Source of the DNA: Glaucostegus cemiculus | Taxonomy: Eukaryota | DNA: 64,000 bases | Assembly (NCBI GenBank): GCA_976551045.1 | Contig: CDPCPM010000014.1 | Location: 15,190,001-15,254,000 of the forward strand | Reading direction: 5' to 3' | In this document: positions 40,230-53,884 of the stretch, piece after piece | Position numbering within the stretch: position 1 is the first letter of the stretch | Layout: each line of letters opens with the position of its first letter | Program-made: the position numbers and the translations under genes | The notes under the pieces: model-generated | Seen by the model: only the letters and a program-made list of their open reading frames with translations | What the model was told of the DNA's origin: nothing | Databases searched by the model: none

Positions 40230-40565
40230 TCACATGGGTAGAAGCCATTCAGTGCATCAAGTCTATACTAGCTCTCAGAGCAATCCCATTCCCCCACGTT
40301 TTCCTGTAACCAGTTCTCTTTCACACTCCTCTCTGATTCTCCTAACAAACAATTATATTAGGGGTAATTTACAGTAGCCAATTAACTTACTAGCCAGTGT
40401 ATCTTCGGAATGTTGGGATCAAACTGGACCACCCAGAGGAAACCCATATGATCACGGGAGGATCATGCAAATTCCACACAGAGGATATCTGAGATCAGGT
40501 TCAGGACTGAACCCAGGTCACTGGACTGGAAGGCACCAGCGCAACCTGTTGTCCACTCTGCCGTT
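40230..40565 (-). mobile_element. HE1/V-SINE copy, diverged
   Basis: V-domain complement CCACCCAGAGGAAACCCA..GCAAATTCCACACAGA, B-box complement CTGAACCCAGGTC. Confidence 0.7.
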
Positions 40566-42539
40566 CTTAAGATGTCACAAAGATGATTGTGTGGCATGGC
40601 CACTGATTCCATTCACTGCAAAATGATGCAAATCTCACAATAAAAAGCTTCAAGAAATGGAAGTTGACACCATGGATTTTTAGCTGCACTGGTTTGACAC
40701 CACCTTAAAGCTCAATTCTAAAGAAGAGTTAATTGCCTTTTTGGGGCTGTTACAGGTACACCAATACATGGCATATCAACCTATCAGAGGACCAGCAAAA
40801 AAAAATCAGGAAGTTGGGGCAGAACTCTCTAAAATATTCATTGGGTTGTCTTTCACAATCATAGGTTTGAACCTATGTGATTCCCAATGGCCATTGATGG
40901 AGGAGATACAATTGCTGAGTCATTGCTGCACCTTTAAAGAACACTTCCCATGGTGGCAACAACACAACAGCATAAAAGGCTACCAGGCAGATGAGGTAAA
41001 AGTGGAGGGAGGATGGGATAAGTCACTGTTCTCTGTCATGGTGTTAGGGCTGAATCCAGCCCTGTGTTGCGAGTGTCCCCAAGCAACTGTGAGTTACATG
41101 CTCCTTAAGGGGTCAGTGATTGCAGTGTCTTGTACTGAGGTGCACACTTTAGAGTTCTGCATCATTTCAGTGTAGTTTATGGATAAAATTGGAAGACAGA
41201 AAAATGAGCCTCACAGAGTCTGTGGGAGCCCTTTAATTCACATATCACTGTTCTTGCAAAGTTTGTTCCTTGTTTCATTGTGAGTGAAAAAATGCGGACT
41301 GTGCGTCACACATTTAACCACCAATTTCCATCGATAAACTCCAAACTGGCTGCTCCGCACTTGATGACATCATTAGGTGCCAGTTAACTATCAGCCATGC
41401 AAAGGGGAACCACACCCATAGTGTTTGGAACAAATTCCCAATGCTCATTAATAAACCCAGAACTATACACCAGCATGACCTACGTGCACAAAATGGCTTT
41501 TTATCCACAAATTGCTCCTAAAACACAAATGCAAATGAGTCCTGTTTCTGGGCAAGAATACCTAGGAAGTGATCAAAGACTTCCCATCCACTTAATAAGC
41601 ATACAGAATTGTGCTAAGTGTCTTTAGGAATCTGCAACATGCTGCTTATGCTCTAAAACAACAACATTTAATGGCTAGGAGAATTTTTTTGTATGCATTC
41701 AAGTCTCTTTCATAGCCCTTTGTTGGCTGTGAGCTTTCAGTTTGGAGCCAAGCAAAGTAAATGTGGTTCCACCTGCCTTGGATCTCAGTTGAAAATTATT
41801 TCCCCCTGGCCCTGATTTTAATTACACCACCACATAATGTGAAACAAAATTGGCCTATGCTGAAAGCCACCTGAAGTTTCTAATAAGATAAATACTGCTG
41901 CCATTCTTCTGGAACTGTGAATATAACTGGCAATAAGCTGCTTGTTAGTTGAAGTCCAGATGGGCAAAAAGGTCAGCATGCATGTGGGGGCTGAAAGGCC
42001 TGTTCCTGTGCTGTACTGACTCTACAGAGAGTTATAGCTTCATGTTCCGGTTATAACTATGAACATCCATTCAACAGAAATGGAAGGATCTCCTACTGCA
42101 TTCAAGCAAACAATCAATTACAGTAAAGTTTTGGTCAGAGGTACCACTGGAAACCACTGTAAAGATATTCTGAAATAACTCCCCTCACTGAAAGAATATG
42201 TCTTGATTGAGTCATCTTGATGACGAAGTAAAGATACTACAGAGAAAAATGATCTCTACTCCCAGACCAGTTGGGTGACATGTAAGCTACATTTAAATAT
42301 TTTGGTGAGCCAGCACCCATAATTTTGATGGGAAGCTGATTTGATCATGCTTGACTGTACTTTATCATTCTGTAATGCTCTCTGTGCCCTTATTCATAAA
42401 CCTTTCCATTACAGTATCAACCTGGAGACATGTTGAATTCTACTTTACTTTTTTGCAGCCAAGTTAAAAAGGTCAAAGTTCTGGTAACCCAGCAAGAATT
42501 CTCTCTCTGCTCCTTTGGATTTGCTAATCCACCTGGATT

Positions 42540-43260
42540 CACTAGGTAAGTAACTCCAGTACATTTTATGGATGGCAAATTCTGCAGCCACCATGCAGTA
42601 GTGGTGTGAGAAATGAATGTTTAAGGTGGTGGATGAGGTACCTGCCATGCTGGTTACTTTGTCCTCGGTGGTGTCAAGCATCATGGGCATTGTAAAAGTT
42701 GCAATCATCCCAGACAAATGGGGAGAATACTGTACCACTCCTAACTTATGCCTTGGTGGAAAGAATCTGGGACGTCAGGAGGTGAGTTACTCATTACAGA
42801 ATACCCAGCCTCTGGCCTACTCTTATAACACAGTATTTAGGTGGCTGAATCAGTTGAGATTCTGGCTGATGGTGTTCCTCAGGGTGCTGATAATGGGGTT
42901 TCAGCAATGGCAGTGTCATTGTCAAGGATGGGTGCTTAGACTCTCTCTCTCATTGAAGTTAGTCATTGCCTAACAGTTTTATTGCACAAATGTTATATTC
43001 CACATTCCAGCCCTTGTTTGAATATTGTTTAAATCTTTTTGCATGTAGGCATGGACAGCTTCATTTGCTGAGGAACTGTAAGTGGAACTGAGCGTTGTGC
43101 AATCATCAATAAATATTCCAACTTCTGACCTTATGATGGAAGGAAGGTCATTGATGAAGCAGCTGAAGATGGTTGGAGCTTGGACGCTGCCCTAACGACC
43201 TTTGGCAGTGATGTCCTGGACCTGAAATGGTTGATCTAAAACAACCTCAAGCATTTTCCT
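42540..43260 (-). mobile_element. Old CR1/L2-group LINE fragment
   Basis: ORF 42445-42738 QYSPH..LDTTEDK; GTTGTGCAATCATCA (DD motif complement) and GGAAGGTCATTGATGAAGCAGCTGAAGATGGTTGG. Confidence 0.65.
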
Positions 43261-46200
43261 TTCCATAATTGTCGGCCTGTTATTACTGCAAACCTCTCTG
43301 ATCTGTCCACAAACAATAGTGGGTCCTGCTTTCTCAAAGTAGCTTTGTTGGAAGGGAAGGATGAAGGCTGGCAAAAGTATTACAGTTGATGAAGGTCCAA
43401 AGGTGTTTGTCAACTTATGTTTCTTCATTGATGGGATATCTAGAAAGGATATGCAATACTGCTGCACAGCTATTACTATTTCTCAGTAATATTCAGAAAC
43501 TTCAAAACTATCCATTCTTTCTAATATTATAGCCATGTCCTTATCAGGCTTTTTTGTTGGTTACATTTGTTTTCTGTGCACACTAGTGTAAGAATCACAC
43601 CAGGGTAATGTCAGAATTTGCTGACTGGTGGACTTTCGACTGCAGAGCCCAACAAGCTATGATTACATCCATGATGTCAGATACCTCCTGAAGTAATGCT
43701 GAACGGACTGATCTGAACTCTATGCGTGATGGAGCTCTCCACACTGCACAGGTTTGATTTCCAAATCTTACAGTGCCATTTAATAAATTTAGTAAAATTA
43801 TTTGGACCTATAGTAAAGTCATATTTTTGACCATTTATTTTCTCATACAATTTCCATGTACACTTATGTGAAGATATTTTGCAGCCAATTATTGCCTGCT
43901 AATTAATCACAAAGTGAACTGAAGCATTTAGAAGCATTTAAGTGAAAAAATAAAGATGAACAATGAGGACAAGTGAAAAAGAATTCTTCCATTATCAACT
44001 TACACATGAGGTAAGTGTGCCATAAAGCATTTCAGAGCAAAGTACAGATTGGTTGGCAAGTTACGGTGAAATTAATGATAACCATTGGCTTTGATGTGTC
44101 CTATTGTATTTCATAGTTGAAGTCATGCCAGAATGATCAGTAGGGACTGCCTGCATCTGGTATTATAGCAGCAACCATAACCTGCCAGCCCAGTAATCAA
44201 CAGCCTCTGGCATAAAATATAACTTGGGTTTAATACAATCTGTTCCCAGTTGTCAATAATGAAGCAACACCAGTCTCCAGCGTTCTTTGTGTTTACTGGG
44301 TTCCAAGCACAAGTTGCATTTAACTTCCCCCTGTTATAGCATTTTGGTACATTCATTCCTGAATTTATAGACCTTGTCCAAACCTCCAGCACATACTCAC
44401 TAACTGTATTTTTTTATTTATTTTTAATCCTGGGAATTTTAAAATGCAATGTATACTCCATACAGCATAACATATGCATGATGTTTTGTGTTCTTATCCT
44501 GTTTGTGATTTTGCAGTGGTCATAAATGACATTTTGAGTCTCCCTCTCAAGGATACTCAGAATGCAACCAATCTGAAGGAATACTATTTAAATGCTATCT
44601 CATTTCCTAGCACTAAGCGTGAGATATAGTAAGCATATCTGCCTTGCACTGTGCATCTGAAATTTAATTCTTTTGAAGGCAATGGAACAGAATTTGAGAA
44701 ATTGAATACAATGTTTATGTTACAATATTGCATATTTAGCACATGCAACCAATAGTAAATTTCTGCCTCACATTGTTTGATAATGTAGGTATCTCAGTTG
44801 GTATATTGTCTCCAAAGATGATGTGCAAGTCAGAAAAATATATATCACTGAAATTAACTAAGGACAAAGTAAGGGGCAACAAACTGTCCCATATTTTCCA
44901 CATAAAGCCTGTGAGATTTTAATTCCTTGGACTTTTCAGCATAGTCTCATCTCAAAGTCTCCAATGACCAAAGAGTAGTTATAGTATAAAGTGTAACAAT
45001 CAGGAAAGGTGTGGGAAAACCCAGGGTGAGAACGTTTCACAAGGAAAGCCAGAGCTAGTAGCACATTTGTCTGTTTGAATCTCTTGTGGCTAGGGTTGCC
45101 AACAGTCACAGATTGTACAGGACTTCCAAAATCTTGGATATCCAGTATAATTTTGATTTTAGAAGCCAATGTTCCCATGTAGCTAATAAGGATGCTGGAG
45201 AGTTAGCTAGGGATCCCAGCCTAGCCCAAATGTTATAGAAGGAATGCCTGGTGAACTAACCACACAGTGAATTCAACAACCTACAAACAAGGTTTCTGCT
45301 AGGTAGGCAAAGTTAAAATTGTCCTATTGAGAAGAGATACTAAAACTTCAGAAAATGATTAAAACTATTGGGTTAGTGTGGTCCACAGACAGACATTAAA
45401 AACAATTATAATGACTCACACATTTCAATAATCAATTTGGAAACTTCTGCTATTCAAAGGTAGTTTAAAGATGTTTGGTATGTGTCTTCTCTGTAAGACA
45501 GAAATTAGAGCCAATACACCTCACATCTATGTTTATGATACAAAAGGTAAGTGATGTGTGGCCCATCTGTCCATAGAGTGAGGCAGAGTAACAAAATAGC
45601 CCAACATAGTCCAATATTAGGAGTATGTAAGCTTATTAAATGTAAATATCTTTGTTGTTTGTAGTCTCTAGCAAAAGGAGATTCACACATCAAACATTTT
45701 ATTTTGTTTTCTTTTACACTATCATTAGTGATTTGTTATCTCCTCTTCACCTTTCACCACCACCTGATCTGTCATCAGCTCACTGTTTTCTCTCTCTACA
45801 AGGCAAAAGAAGTGGTCTCTTTGGTAGTCTGGTCCCTTCAGAGCTGGAAAGAAGATCAAAAGACACACGTGCACCAGATGTCAAAAGACTGTTTTAGGGC
45901 CTTTTTTTAACCCCTTGCTGAGACTGTTCTGGCTTCCACTAAGCAACCAATTGGTTGGTGAAGAACTGTATATATTCCCTATTGTGTTTCAACACAGCCC
46001 AGCAGAGGCAGTCAATTAGGTCCTAATGAAATAGACCAAAACCCAAATAAACTTGTCGATGAGCGTAAGAAAATTAGTCTTGTACTTTTGAGTTTGTAAG
46101 TGATATTCATCGGGCTTCATGTTGCCTTCAGGAGCTAATGGCAATGGGTGATGTAGTTGCACAGTCTCAATGAGCCAGTTCAAGCCTCAAAGCTCATCAG

Positions 46201-46879
46201 GTAAAAGGGCACCACTGCAATACTGGTAGCTGGTCCCTGATGATTTCCTTGACTATTTGAAATTGCTTACAAATGCTTTTCAACATTGTACATGTGCACA
46301 TTTGACAACAGGGTAAATGACCAATATTTTAATTTATTGTCAGGTAATAGATAGAAGCCCTAAACTCAGTACATGCACAGGGGACCCCTTCAGAAAAGCA
46401 CTTCCCCGCATTATTTTGATCTGCATTGGACAGTAGTAAGGTGAAATTAAAACAAATTTTGAAAAGACTTAGCTCAATGCAAGCCATTAAAGATACATAA
46501 TTCCAAGGTCTAACAAGGGTAGGTTGGCAGAAATTCATGGTCTTCCAGATGAAAATATATCTGAATTTTACACCCCAATGATTTCATTCAGTTTTGATTT
46601 AATAAAACAATTTTATAATTAGTTTTGGTAATTGATTTTATCAAATTTGGATTTTATTTTACACCACAATATTTTCCTGAGGAGCTCAATGATGCATTCA
46701 AATTTCTGGCACAGTCAAGCAGAACAGTGTACTAAAATAATGAATGCAGAGTTTTTAATTTGATTAATAATCTGATTCCTCAAGCCTCTATTTACCTTAT
46801 ACTTTGCAGCGGAGATATTGGTAATGGAAACGTCATATTGTAGAATAAAAAAGGCTCCCAACAAAAATGATAAAACATG

Positions 46880-47762
46880 CATAGAACACTACAGCACAGT
46901 ACAGGCCCTTTGGCCCACAATGTTGTGCCGACATTTTATCCTGCTCTAAGATCTATCTAACCCTTCCCTCCCATGTGACCCCCCATTTTTCTATCATTCA
47001 TGTGTCTATCTAAGAGTCTCTTAAATGTCCCTAATGTATCTGCCCCCACAACCACTGCTGGCAGTGCGTTCCACACACCCACCATTCTCTGTGTAAAAAA
47101 CTTACCTCTGACATCCCCCTTATACCTTCCTCCAATCACCTTAAAATTATGTCGCCTCATGTTAGCCATTGTCGACCTGGGAAAATGTCTCTGATTGTCC
47201 ACTCGATCTATGCCTCTTATCATCTTGTACACCTCTATCAAGTCACCTCTCATCCTCCTTCTCTCCAAAGAGAAAAGCCCCAGCTCGCTCAACCTATCCT
47301 CATAAGACATGCTCTCCAATCCAGGCAACATCCTGGTAAATCTCCTCCGCACCCTCTCTAAAGTTTCCACACCCTTTCTACAATGAGGCGACCAGAACTG
47401 AACCCAATACTCCAAGTGTGGTCTGACCAGAGTTCTATAGAGCTGCAACATCACCTCACGTCTCTTGAACTCGATATCCTGACTAATGAAGGCCAAAACT
47501 CCATACGCCTTCTTAACAACCTATTGACCTGTGTGACAACCTTAAGGGATCTATGGACGTGGACCCCAAGATTCCTCTGTTTCTCCACACTGCTAAAAGT
47601 CCTGCCATTAACCTTGTATTCTGCCTTCGAATTCGATCTCCCAAAGTGTATCACTTCACACTTATCTGAGTTGAACTCCATCTACCACTTCTCAGCCCAG
47701 CTCTGCATTCTATCAATATCCTGTTGTAATCTACACTACCCACAGCACCACCAACCTTTGTG
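46880..47762 (-). mobile_element. 5'-truncated CR1/HER1 LINE
   Basis: ORFs 46957-47496 (LVRPHLEY..RRFTRMLPGL..FFTQR) and 47451-47681 (MEFNSDKCEVIHFG). Confidence 0.92.
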
Positions 47763-49089
47763 ACATGAAAACTTATGGCTTGAGGAATTATCAAACTACT
47801 AAAGGCAGGAAAATAGAATTTAGAAATTGAGCTGTGCAAAAGTAGTGAAAGAAAGAAACTATGTCTCCATTAAAATAGGGGGCAAGGAATCTGATGTCAA
47901 CCTGTTATGTGTTGGTTTCACACAGGTACCTCCTGGCCTTAAAATACTAATGGCAATGTAATAAAATATGTCAAGTCATTCCACCATTGTAAATCCAATT
48001 GCAACTGACTTAGAGCAGCCATTACCTTCTTTTAAATAGTTCTCTTATACATCAAATACCACATTGAATTACGTCAGCTTTCATTGTAATAATTGTTGAT
48101 CTAACCTAATAAAAATTTCCTTTTAAAGAAAACTGCTGTATCTATTTCTTTGCAGGTCAATTTGTGTAGAAAAGGCAGATATAAATAAGTGAGGAAAACA
48201 GTAATAAGTATAAAGCAGATTTCAACCATTAATTCCATTACCTTAAGTTTCATTCATGGGCTAACAATTGAGCAATAGTAGAGAGGGAAAACCAAAATTA
48301 AAGCCTTATGAAAGAATTAGAAGGCAAATATTAATTTCTACTTAAACTTGAGAGGACTCCGATAAAAAAAATAAATAAATGAGCATCAGCATGTCAAGTA
48401 CTTATTGTTTAAAAATAGTTGGTTGTGAATTTGGGGAAATGGATGCTTACTGATTTCCTCAACCCCAAATCCCTGACTGAGCTGTCCTGACTCCATTATG
48501 TCTGAAATGTTTAAAGAATTGATTCCCAGGTATTCAACTCCAGCTGCAGAGAATGGAATATTTTGCTGTTCAGAACAAAAATGTCTTGGAATTTACTGAT
48601 GGTGATGAGCCACCCGTGCTTACCAACCTGCTAGGTCTGTACTTAGCTTTAGTGGATCCTGTAAATGGTAACATGCTTGATGAAATTGGCTCCAAATTAG
48701 CTGGTGACGCTCATGCAGCGCACTGACTTTTGGATATAAATGTCACCAAGTGGCTAGGCTAGGATTAGTCCATTCCACAATAATTCTACACTTGACTAAG
48801 CCTTGACATTCAGAAAAATTCAAGCACGTCCAAAGATTGTTAAAATTAAGCAAGCTATTAAAAATTTAAAAATGATTGAAAGAGTTGAAATATTTTAAAG
48901 CACTAAAATCAATTAATGCATATAAATAAATGCATTGAATTCAAAAATTGCAAATTACTTAAAACACCTTTCTTCCTTGAGGTATTCAACTGTGTTCTCT
49001 AGAGCAGGAGCTGTGTGGGGCTTTGCTTTAGAGGGAGCTGGCACCAGAGCTCCTCTCCCACCTGTCCCGCCCTGTCTTGGGCCTAGTAA

Positions 49090-49222
49090 CTCCTGATGCA
49101 GGGTTTTGACCCCAAATGTCAGCAATTCCTTTTTCCCCACAGATGCTGCTTGACCCACTGAGTCCTTCCAGCAGATTGTTTGTTGCTCCAGATTCCAGTT
49201 TCTGCAGTCGCTTATGTCCCCA
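49090..49222 (+). mobile_element. PLE terminal-repeat fragment
   Basis: CCTGATGCAGGGTTTTGACCCAAATGTC..AGATGCTGCTTGACCCACTGAGT. Confidence 0.65.
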
Positions 49223-49229
49223 GTAACTC

Positions 49230-50435
49230 TTTATGAACTGATCCTCCCTCTATACTACCTTCTACAGAACCTAGAGTATGGATAACCGAGGTAGCAATTG
49301 CAAGTGTCAGATCAAAAGCAAGAGCCTTCTTCTTCAACATCTTGGCAGTCAGCAATCAGGCCTGGGCAAGTGGGAATTGTTGGCTGTTTGAAGGAAGAAA
49401 AGAACAAATGTACTGTTGCAGTGAGTGGCGGCATCTTGTAGATCAGAAAAGATTGTGGTTTGAAGGTGAAGTGGAATGTGAAAAAAAGGATTAGTTCTGG
49501 CCATGCTGTCTCCTTCAATGATCTTTGTACCAGTGCTGATCATGGACTCAGTTACAGTGGCCTGCTTATAGCCAACAGTCTCCTATAGGTAGCTGAACCA
49601 AGCCTTCTGTTGGTCTACTGCTGCAGGAGAGGGGTGAAGTAGTAACGGGTAAAGTGAGTATTGTAATGTTTATGCATGATATATTTGTCAAGGTTGAATA
49701 GAGTGTTAGTAGGTTCTTCAATGTGTGGGAGGATGTGATGGGACATGGAAAATTAGGAATTGTGACCGATAAGCGTTTGTTGTAGAAGAACGATGGACAA
49801 TGTGGTATTAAGCAGTGGATGGGTCTAAGAGTGAATCTGTCACAAATGGGATTCACAAACATGTTCACTTATGTTAACTAACTGTGTGTGTTACTAAGCA
49901 TTTTCCAATAGTTATTCCAACTCCTGAATATTTCCCTCCTATCGTTGTTTTCTTTAGCCAACTGCTAAGCTGTGGCACTCCATAACTGATTTTGACGGCT
50001 TCCTGGACCCCAGAGCATCTTCTCTCCATTTCTTCGAGAAAGACATCCAAAGCCTTATCTGAAAATCTGAATGCTTGTTCCTGTCCCTGCTCTGCCATAG
50101 TTTGATGCAACCTTTCCAAAACTGTGCAAGCACTAGTCATAGGCAAATGAGCATCTACCCTTTAATAGGAGCTGGCAATGGAAACTTCTCCTTTAAGCGA
50201 TGCAGACATGGCTTCAATCTGTTCCTGTTAGCTTCAGCTAGCAACTCTGAAGTTTGCGCCCCATGAACAGACACTAATGCATTAAACAGCATGACTGTCT
50301 CTGGCTAAACACTGCAATCTTGATAATGAGGTGTGAAAACAAATTTCAAGTGACCTACATGAGGTCAAACTGGCATAGGATCATTCATATATCTCAATTC
50401 CAGCCCACATTTTCCAATGAACTACAATTTCACCC
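49230..50435 (-). mobile_element. Possible PIF/Harbinger transposon remnant (Myb/SANT accessory gene)
   Basis: ORF 49874-50146 MAEQGQEQAFRFSDKALDVFLEEMERR resembles the N-terminus of Harbinger Myb/SANT-like proteins. Confidence 0.4.
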
Positions 50436-50619
50436 ACAAAGTTGTTTTCGACTTGATTTAGTGAATTTTAAACCAAGGAAAAGATTTGTATTTAAGTCTG
50501 GCCTAGGATACTGCAAAGGTTTCTATATTAACTGAGGTCTATAATAAAATTTCCATTGTGTTTCAAACCAATGTAGTCTGAGGAAAGAAACAGCTGCTGC
50601 ACAATGTAACTTCTATATT

Positions 50620-50890
50620 GAGCCATACAGTCACAGAGGGATACAACATAGAAACAGGCCCTTCAGCCTATCGATTCTGTGCCGACTGCCAACTATTCAT
50701 TTATGCTAATTCTTTGTTAATTCCATTTTTTACCTTTCCCACATTCTCATCAACTCCCCCAAGATTTTACCACTCACCACACACTAGGGACAATTTATAA
50801 TGGCCAATTAATCTGAGATCAGTATTGAACCCAGGGCTCTGTTGCTGTGAAGCAGTAGTTCTACCAGCTGCACCTCTATGCCACCCTAAA
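50620..50890 (-). mobile_element. HE1/V-SINE copy lacking the V-domain
   Basis: Tail GAAACAGGCCCTTCAGCC, body TTCCCACATTCTCATCAACTCCCC, head ATTGAACCCAGG. Confidence 0.65.
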
Positions 50891-51003
50891 TATTTAATTA
50901 TTATAACATCGAAGGAGGTCTCTCAGCCGGGGTCTGGCCCCAAGCAGAATAATCCCATCAGTCCCATTCTCTCCACCTTCCTTATCTCCATGTAACTGCT
51001 CCT

Positions 51004-51154
51004 NNNNNNNNNNNNNNNNNNNNNNNNNNNNNNNNNNNNNNNNNNNNNNNNNNNNNNNNNNNNNNNNNNNNNNNNNNNNNNNNNNNNNNNNNNNNNNNNN
51101 NNNNNNNNNNNNNNNNNNNNNNNNNNNNNNNNNNNNNNNNNNNNNNNNNNNNNN
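51004..51154. other. Assembly gap (151 N)
   Basis: Run of n. Confidence 1.
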
Positions 51155-51557
51155 GTATCATCCTGAATGCTCCTTCTCCCAGAGCTTCCTAAGAATCAGT
51201 GAGGATGTTTCATTTCTTCAAGAGAGCTTTGAAATATTCTTGAATCATTTCCTCTGACAATCTGATAGTTTCGTCTCATGATAGAGCTCAGAATAGATAG
51301 TCTGTTTTGGGAGTCTGGTGTCAAATATGTGAGCATGTGACATCTCCAACATAGTTGAAGAATATAACAAGGCTTCTGAACTGGGATGCTGCCTGGAAAA
51401 GGATGCTGAGATTGGTACTCTTGTCCTTCTAGTAGATTTGAAGGATTTTGTCAGCATTGTTGGTATTTTCCAGTGCCTTGAGATGCCTGCTGGAGGTAGT
51501 CCAGGCCTCAGGAGGCAGAGATCACTGCTGCCCAATAGACCATGAATTTTGTGCCAG
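51155..51557 (-). mobile_element. Degenerate RTE fragment
   Basis: ORF 51245-51535 DTRLPKQTIYSEL..QRK. Confidence 0.7.
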
Positions 51558-52320
51558 CTAAGTTTGCAGATGACACAAAGATTGGAGGTGTTGTGGACAG
51601 TATAGAAGGTTGTCGTAGGTTACAATGAGATATAGACAGGTTGGGCGGAGAAGTGGCAGATGGAGTTCAGTCTGGGAAACGTGTGCAGTGATACACTTTG
51701 GAAGATCGAAATTGCAGAGTACAAGGTTAATGGCAGGATTCTTAACGGCGTGGAGGAACAAAGGGATCTTGGAGTCCAAGTCCATAGATCCCTCAAAGTT
51801 GCTGCACAAGTTGATAGGATGATTCAGAAAGCGTATGGTGTGCTGGCCTTCATTAGTCAGGGGATTGAGTTCAAGAGCTATGAGGTAACGTTGCAGGTCC
51901 ATAAAACCCTGGTTTCTCTTTGGAGTGTAGGCGGATGAGAGGTGGCTTGTTAGAAGTGTATAAGATTATGAGAGGCATAAATGGAGTGGACAGCCAGCAC
52001 TTTTTTCCCAGGGCGGCAATGGACAATACCAGAAGACATCCATTTAAGGTGAGTGGAGGACAGTTCAGGGGAGATATCAGAAGAAGGTTTATTACACAGA
52101 GAGTGGTGGGTGCCTGGAACGCACTGCCAGGGGTGGTAGCAGAGGCTGATACAATAGCGATATTTAAGAGAATCTTAGTTAGGCACATGGATGTAAGAAG
52201 AATGGAGGGTTATGGGCTGTGTAGGAAGGAAGGGTTAAATTCATTGTGGAGTAGGTTTACATAGGTCAGCACAACATTGTGGGCTGAAGGGCCCATACTG
52301 TGCTGTACTATGTTCTATAT
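51557..52320 (+). mobile_element. 5'-truncated CR1/HER1 LINE with internal deletion
   Basis: Starts at KFADDTKIGG; ORFs 51660-51938 and 51920-52264; tail GGGCTGAAGGGCCCATACTGTGCTGTAC. Confidence 0.9.
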
Positions 52321-52731
52321 ATGAGGCCCTTTCTTTAAATGATTAAAGGCTGTGCTGAAGGTGATGGTGATTTTCATCATCAATGTCTACCTAGGCCAAA
52401 AAACAATGAAATCCACAACTTAACTGAAGCCCTGAAACTAACATTAATTCCCTAGCACCCTGTTCTGCAAACATTCTCCCACCAAATATCCATACAGCAC
52501 AAAAGAGAGCTTACACATTTTGTTGCCAATGGCAATGTTACTTTCACTCAAGGCTGCAGCAGTTCAAGAAGGTGGCTCACACCACGTTCCCAAGGGCAAA
52601 TAGGGATGGACAATTAAATGTTGGCTCAGTCAATGAATATAAAAAAGCTCTGCATCTCATGAAAACTCATGTCCCGGTCCCTACAGTGGGAATATCCTGC
52701 CTCCATGTTAAAAGAATAATGCTAATGTATT

Positions 52732-52899
52732 NNNNNNNNNNNNNNNNNNNNNNNNNNNNNNNNNNNNNNNNNNNNNNNNNNNNNNNNNNNNNNNNNNNNN
52801 NNNNNNNNNNNNNNNNNNNNNNNNNNNNNNNNNNNNNNNNNNNNNNNNNNNNNNNNNNNNNNNNNNNNNNNNNNNNNNNNNNNNNNNNNNNNNNNNNNN
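52732..52899. other. Assembly gap (168 N)
   Basis: Run of n. Confidence 1.
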
Positions 52900-53364
52900 T
52901 GTGTTTGAGATGCTTCAAAACTGCTCGTTTTACCTGTCAGATTGTCATCAACATATAAAGTGCTATTCCAGTTACCTCTGCATCAAAATTCTGCATCAAA
53001 TCTCTTCAAGAAGCCCAAAAGAACATTTGATTTAAGATCCAAGCATACACTTCCTGGCTTTGATACTCCTCAATGACACAACGGTACATCAACTGAGTGA
53101 TGTGCGCATCTCCTGCATATAGAGATGTAAACCACTGTGCTATGATAGCTCTGCAACACAAACTATGGAATACTTAGTAAAATACATAGCTTGCATTCTT
53201 CTATGGAGGAATAACAAGACTACACAAACTCTCTTATGAAACCTGTTAAGATGACAGAACTCAATATTTGGAATTCAGCACCTGCATACTGTAAGATTCC
53301 TCCTCTAAGGTTGTTTCACACTCAAGTACAATGCTATTTGCCTATTTTCTTCAGCTTCTAGGAC

Positions 53365-53535
53365 CCAGAGACATGTGGGTTGGTAAGTTAATAGCCTACT
53401 ATATATTGCCCCTCATGTGTAAATGAGTGGGGTGTGTTGATGGGAATGGGGTTGGATAAAAGAAGGATTAACTTAAAGGGTTGCTTGATGGTTGGCATGT
53501 ATTCAGTGGACCATAGAGCCTGCTTCTGTGCTGGA
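53365..53535 (+). mobile_element. HE1/V-SINE 3' half
   Basis: GGTTGGTAAGTTAAT..TTGCCCCT..TTGATGGGAATG..GCTTGATGGTTGGCATG. Confidence 0.6.
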
Positions 53536-53664
53536 TAAGAAGAAATAAGAGAAATTTAAAAATTATTAAAATTTATGTTGGACTTTAACTGTGTTGTGTG
53601 AGAGAGAACGTGAATAAATAACTATAATTCATACACATCTGATGTATTATTTAGTAATAAAGTC

Positions 53665-53795
53665 CTAGAAACAAGCCCTTCCAACTACCAAATCTGCAAC
53701 AAGTATCAAACATCTATTTACACTAATCCTACAATAACCCCATTTTATTTTCTCCACATTCCCATCAACTTCCCCCAGATTCTACCATTCACCTT
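53665..53795 (-). mobile_element. HE1/V-SINE tail fragment
   Basis: CTCCACATTCCCATCAACTTCCCCCAGATTCTACCA. Confidence 0.6.
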
Positions 53796-53884
53796 TTCTT
53801 TGATGAATTTTAGGAAGTACATTAACCAAGAAGGAAATCAAGAGCTATAGACTAAAAATGGAGAGAGAGAGAAGCGTGGGACAG

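Noticed and set aside
52572-52958. ORFs spanning X runs
   Set aside because: Artefacts of the N gap.
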